Source of the DNA: an uncultured Gemmatimonadales bacterium
Lineage (GTDB): Bacteria > Gemmatimonadota > Gemmatimonadetes > Palauibacterales > Palauibacteraceae
Direction: 5' to 3'
DNA length: 64,000 nucleotides
Assembly (NCBI GenBank): GCA_963783385.1
Contig: CAWANJ010000007.1
Coordinates: 128,001-192,000, forward strand
The position numbers and the translations under genes are program-made. Below, one piece after another: positions 59,820 through 64,000 of this stretch (the stretch's first letter is position 1; every line of letters starts with the position of its first letter). The notes under the pieces were generated by a model. That model was given only the letters and a program-made list of their open reading frames with translations, was not told the DNA's origin and did not search any database.

Positions 59820-60168
59820 CGTGCTCCGGGTCCTGTTCACCCTGCTCGGTCTCTCCCTGGTGGCGGTCGGGCTGCCGCTCGCCCGGCGGCGCGTGCGGCC
59901 CAACCACTGGTACGGCCTCCGGACCCGGTCCACCCTCGAGGACCCGGAGGTGTGGTACGAGGCGAACGCGCTCCTGGGACGCGAGCTCGCGGTCGTCGGA
60001 GTCGGACTCGGCGCCCTGGCGTGGCTGTGGCCCGCCGTCGCGCGCCCGGATCCGGACAGCTACGCCCTGGGCTGCGCCCTCGCCGCGCTGGTGGCCACCG
60101 GAGTGGTGACCGCGCGCGGCGCGCGTCTTGCCGCGAGGCTCCGCCGGCGCGGTTCCCCAGGGGCCTGA
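59809..60168 (+). CDS. SdpI family membrane protein
   Basis: PNHWYGLRT..W..AN motif; three TM helices. Confidence 0.8.
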   Translation: MGPDVLRVLFTLLGLSLVAVGLPLARRRVRPNHWYGLRTRSTLEDPEVWYEANALLGRELAVVGVGLGALAWLWPAVARPDPDSYALGCALAALVATGVVTARGARLAARLRRRGSPGA

Positions 60169-60236
60169 GCCGGGCCGGTCGCGGCGGCGCACGGCCGTCT
60201 CGGCCTCGCGACCGCGCCCCGAGGAGGACGTGTCCG

Positions 60237-60617
60237 GTGAGAGTCAGCGTCCGCTACATTGTGCGCGACGTGGACGAGGCGATCGAGTTCTACGCGCGGC
60301 AGCTGGGCTTCGAAGTCGTGATGCACCCGGCCCCCACGTTCGCGATCCTCTCGCTCGGTGACTTCCTCCTCATGCTGAGCGCGCCGGAGGGTCCGGGTGG
60401 CGGGGCGCGCGCCATGGCGGACGGGACCCGGCCCGAGCCGGGAGGATGGAACCGAATCCAGATCGAGGTGGAGGATGTGGAGGCCGAGGCCGACCGGCTC
60501 CGGGAGGCCGGCGTCCGCTTCCGGAGCGACCTGATCACGGGGGTAGGGGCCAGGCAGGTGCTGATCGAGGACCCGTCGGCCAACCCGGTCGAGCTCTATG
60601 AGCGTCTCGGTGGATGA
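60237..60617 (+). CDS. VOC/glyoxalase family protein
   Basis: VRYIVRDVDEAIEFY..LGF, PGGWNRI, EDPSANPVEL; GAGGAGG RBS. Confidence 0.88.
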   Translation: MRVSVRYIVRDVDEAIEFYARQLGFEVVMHPAPTFAILSLGDFLLMLSAPEGPGGGARAMADGTRPEPGGWNRIQIEVEDVEAEADRLREAGVRFRSDLITGVGARQVLIEDPSANPVELYERLGG

Positions 60618-61140
60618 GAGCTCGGAGCTGCGCTTTGATCCCGGGGAGGAGCGCCGGAGCGGCGAGCACCTCCTCGTGGCCGAGACCACGATCGGCCGGC
60701 CGCTCCAGGAGGTGTTCGAGTTCTTCTCGGCCGCCGAGAACCTGCAGCGGATCACGCCGCCGGAGATGCACTTCGAGATCGTGACGCCGCTCCCGGTCGA
60801 GATGGCGGCCGGCACCCTGATCGACTACCGGCTGCGCCTGCTCGGCGTGCCCTTCCGCTGGAGGACCCGAATCGCCCGGTGGGAGCCTCCGACCCGGTTC
60901 GTGGACGAGCAGCTCGAGGGCCCCTACGCCGTGTGGGTCCACACCCACCGGTTCCGCGAGGTCGGCGAGGGGACGCGGGTGCGCGACGAGGTGCGCCACC
61001 GGCTCCCCTACTATCCGCTGGGCGAGCTGGCGTATCCGCTGGTCCGCCTGCAACTGCGGCGGATCTTCGGCTACCGCCGGCGGCGGATGCGGGAGCTGCT
61101 TGGAGGCCCGGCGGAGCGGAGTTCCGACCGGGTCCGGTGA
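60598..61140 (+). CDS. SRPBCC family protein
   Basis: VFEFFS..NLQRITPP, FVDEQLEGPY..W.H.H.F. Confidence 0.85.
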   Translation: MSVSVDESSELRFDPGEERRSGEHLLVAETTIGRPLQEVFEFFSAAENLQRITPPEMHFEIVTPLPVEMAAGTLIDYRLRLLGVPFRWRTRIARWEPPTRFVDEQLEGPYAVWVHTHRFREVGEGTRVRDEVRHRLPYYPLGELAYPLVRLQLRRIFGYRRRRMRELLGGPAERSSDRVR

Positions 61141-61194
61141 ACGAGACGCCCGCCCGGGCGGAACGGGGCCCCCGGGCGCGCCCGGGAGAGGTCG

Positions 61195-61656
61195 CTAGCC
61201 CTCCGCCAGCTTCTTCGTCACGCAGCTGGTGAAGCGGCCGAACATGAAGTCGGCCACGTTCTGCACGATGCCGCCACGGCCGAAGGAGGCCAGGCGGCCC
61301 GCGAGACTGATCGATTGCTCCACGTGGACGCGGGTGCCGCCACCGTCCATCGGCTCCAGACGGCTGCGCATGTTCATCTTCACGCTACCCGAGCCCTTCT
61401 CGTCCTTCCCCTCGCCCGACATTTCGACTTCGCGGGCCTCCTCGTCCAGTCGGTCGAAGCGGATCGTGCCGCCGAAGGTGATACCGATCGGGCCCAGCTT
61501 CATGCCCATCTCGCCGCGGTAGGTGCGCTCGTCCACCTCCTCGACCAGCTTCGCTCCGGGCAGACACTCCACCACCCGCTCCGGGTCGGTGAGGAAGGAC
61601 CACACCTTCTCGGGCGGCTGCTCCACCTCGAACGTCTTCTCGATCGTGATCGCCAT
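61195..61656 (-). CDS. coxG: CoxG-like SRPBCC protein
   Basis: VWSFLTDPERVVECLPGA, GRLASFGRG; divergent from coxMSL. Confidence 0.8.
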   Translation of the reverse strand: MAITIEKTFEVEQPPEKVWSFLTDPERVVECLPGAKLVEEVDERTYRGEMGMKLGPIGITFGGTIRFDRLDEEAREVEMSGEGKDEKGSGSVKMNMRSRLEPMDGGGTRVHVEQSISLAGRLASFGRGGIVQNVADFMFGRFTSCVTKKLAEG

Positions 61657-61788
61657 GCGTCCTCGCCTTCGTCGCCGGGGGTCGTCGGATTCGGCTCCAA
61701 CGTCGGCCGCCGGGCCGGCCGTCGTCAACCGGCCGCTGGCGCGCGGCCGTCGGACGAGCGCCAGCTTTGCGAGGTCCGTGCCGACCGG

Positions 61789-61817
61789 TTGAAGCCCTCT
61801 GGGGCGGGGCGTAAGTT
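61789..61817 (+). promoter_or_regulatory. Putative sigma70-type promoter of coxMSL
   Basis: TTGAAG-N17-TAAGTT. Confidence 0.45.
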
Positions 61818-61945
61818 GGCGATCCCCCCGTAGGGTCGGTTCGATTGGTGCCATCCGGGGAAGGAAGCCGCGGCGGCAGGGCGAGGCCGCTCGCCCGCGC
61901 GGTGGCGAGGGCTACAGGCTCAACCCGAGAAGGGAGTGCCGTACG

Positions 61946-62821
61946 ATGATACCCGCGGCGTTCGACTACCACGCACCCACCTCCCTGGACGAAGCGCTGT
62001 CCCTCCTGGCAGCCCACGGCGACGAGGCCAAGGTGCTGGCCGGTGGCCAGAGCCTGATTCCGATGATGCGCTTCCGGCTGGCCGAGCCCGGTGTGCTCGT
62101 GGACCTCAACCAAATCGAGGGCATGGCGGGGGTCACCGAGGAGGACGGCCACCTGTGGATCGGGGCCCTGACGCGGCACGCGGAGGTCGAGCGGTCCGAC
62201 CTGATCCGGAAGCGCTATCCCCTGCTGCACGAGGCGGCGTCCGTCATCGCCGATCCTATCGTCCGCAACCGGGGCACGGTGGCTGGCTCCCTGGTGCACG
62301 CGGACCCGGCCGGGGACTGGGGGGCCGTGATGCTGGCGTGCCGGGCGGAGCTCGAGGTCCACGGTCCGGACGGCGAGCGCATGGTCCCGATCGACGAGCT
62401 GTTCGTGACCACGTTCATGACCAGCCTGTCGCCGGGCGAGATCGTGGCCGGGATCAGGATCCCGATGGCCGGCGAGCGCTCGGGCGGCGCCTATGAGAAA
62501 CTGGAGCGCAAGGTCGGCGACTTCGCCACGGTCGCGGTCGCGGCCCGGCTCGAGCTGGCCGGGGATGGGACGTGCAGCGAGGTCGGGATCGGCCTCACGG
62601 CGGTCGGCGCCACCAACCTGCGCGCCGAGGAGGCGGAGAAGGCGCTGACGGGGAAGAAGCCGGACGAGGCGGCCATCGACGCGGCGTCCCGGGCGGCGGC
62701 GGAGGCCTCGCGCCCCAACGCCGACAACCGGGGATCGGTGGAGTACAAGCGAGACATGGTCCGGGTGCTCTCGGCGCGTGCGCTGCGCCGGGCGGCGGCC
62801 CGTGCCGGAGGGGAGGGCTGA
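61946..62821 (+). CDS. coxM: CO dehydrogenase/xanthine dehydrogenase family FAD subunit
   Basis: [40 protein letters not shown]. Confidence 0.9.
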   Translation: MIPAAFDYHAPTSLDEALSLLAAHGDEAKVLAGGQSLIPMMRFRLAEPGVLVDLNQIEGMAGVTEEDGHLWIGALTRHAEVERSDLIRKRYPLLHEAASVIADPIVRNRGTVAGSLVHADPAGDWGAVMLACRAELEVHGPDGERMVPIDELFVTTFMTSLSPGEIVAGIRIPMAGERSGGAYEKLERKVGDFATVAVAARLELAGDGTCSEVGIGLTAVGATNLRAEEAEKALTGKKPDEAAIDAASRAAAEASRPNADNRGSVEYKRDMVRVLSARALRRAAARAGGEG

Positions 62822-62822
62822 G

Positions 62823-63331
<509 letters not shown>

Positions 63332-63335
<4 letters not shown>

Positions 63336-64000
63336 GCGCGACGAAGGCACAGGACATCGGGGGACTCGGCCACTCCGTCCGCCGCAAGGAGGACGCGCGC
63401 TTCGTCCGCGGCAAGGGCCGCTACGTGGACGATGTGAAGCTCAAAAACATGTGCTATCTGGCGCTGGTGCGCTCGCCCTACGCGCACGCCCGGCTGAAGG
63501 GGATCGACATCTCGGCGGCGATGGAGGTGCCGGGCGTCCTGGCGGTGGTCACCGGCAAGGACCTCGAGGAAGCGGGGTTGGCCTGGATGCCCACCCTCTC
63601 CCACGACCAGCAGATGGTGCTGGCCACCGGCAAGGTCCTGTTCCAGGGCCAGGAGGTGGCGGCGGTCGTGGCGGAGAGCCGTTTCGCGGCCGCCGACGGC
63701 GCCGCGGCCGTGCGGGTGGACTACGAGGAGCTCCCGGTGGTGGTCGATCCGCACGCGGCCCTGGAGAAGGACGCGCCGGTGCTGCGCGAGGACCGCGACG
63801 AGAAGTCGAACCACATCTTCCACTGGGAGGCCGGCGACCGCGACGCCACCGACGCGATCTTCGACGCATCCGACGTGGTCGTGACCCAGGACATGGTCTA
63901 TCAGCGCTGCCACCCGGCTCCGCTCGAGTGCTGCGCGTGCGTGGCCGACTGGGACGCGGTCAACGAGAAGATGACCATCTACATGACCTCCCAGGCACCC
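63332..64000 (+). CDS. coxL: Aerobic CO dehydrogenase large (Mo) subunit, 5' part
   Basis: Manual translation: [57 protein letters not shown]; ATGA overlap with coxS. Confidence 0.85.

Noticed and set aside
59809-60168. SdpI protein as the immunity gene for the 11.4-kb hydrophobic peptide
   Set aside because: About 46 kb away, and SdpI-like genes are commonly orphan; no linking evidence.

Overview
GC-rich diderm bacterial DNA, densely coding (about 55 genes). The gene content is suggestive of Gemmatimonadota, but that is inference only. Core genes include a GyrA/ParC-type subunit, rho, ssb, nfo, etfBA, an MlaEFD-type MCE system, several efflux systems, an SbcCD-like pair and coxG/coxMSL (coxL cut by the window edge). 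The two most striking observations are: (1) at 11.4-13.9 kb, a secreted PA2779-like protein ending in a Gly-Gly motif plus a 24-aa hydrophobic tail, translationally coupled to a C39 cysteine peptidase-TPR-POTRA-Omp85-like beta-barrel fusion, which is a candidate self-contained peptide-processing and outer-membrane export system; (2) at 38.1-38.6 kb, a hidden AhpD-like selenoprotein candidate (CxxU, in-frame TGA followed by a SECIS-like hairpin) that the ORF track splits in two. Seven genes are broken by single-base indels or short deletions, five of them at 50-60 kb, reflecting sequencing error and/or local decay. No rRNA, tRNA, CRISPR array or transposase was recognised. All calls come from reading motifs by eye; no searches were run.
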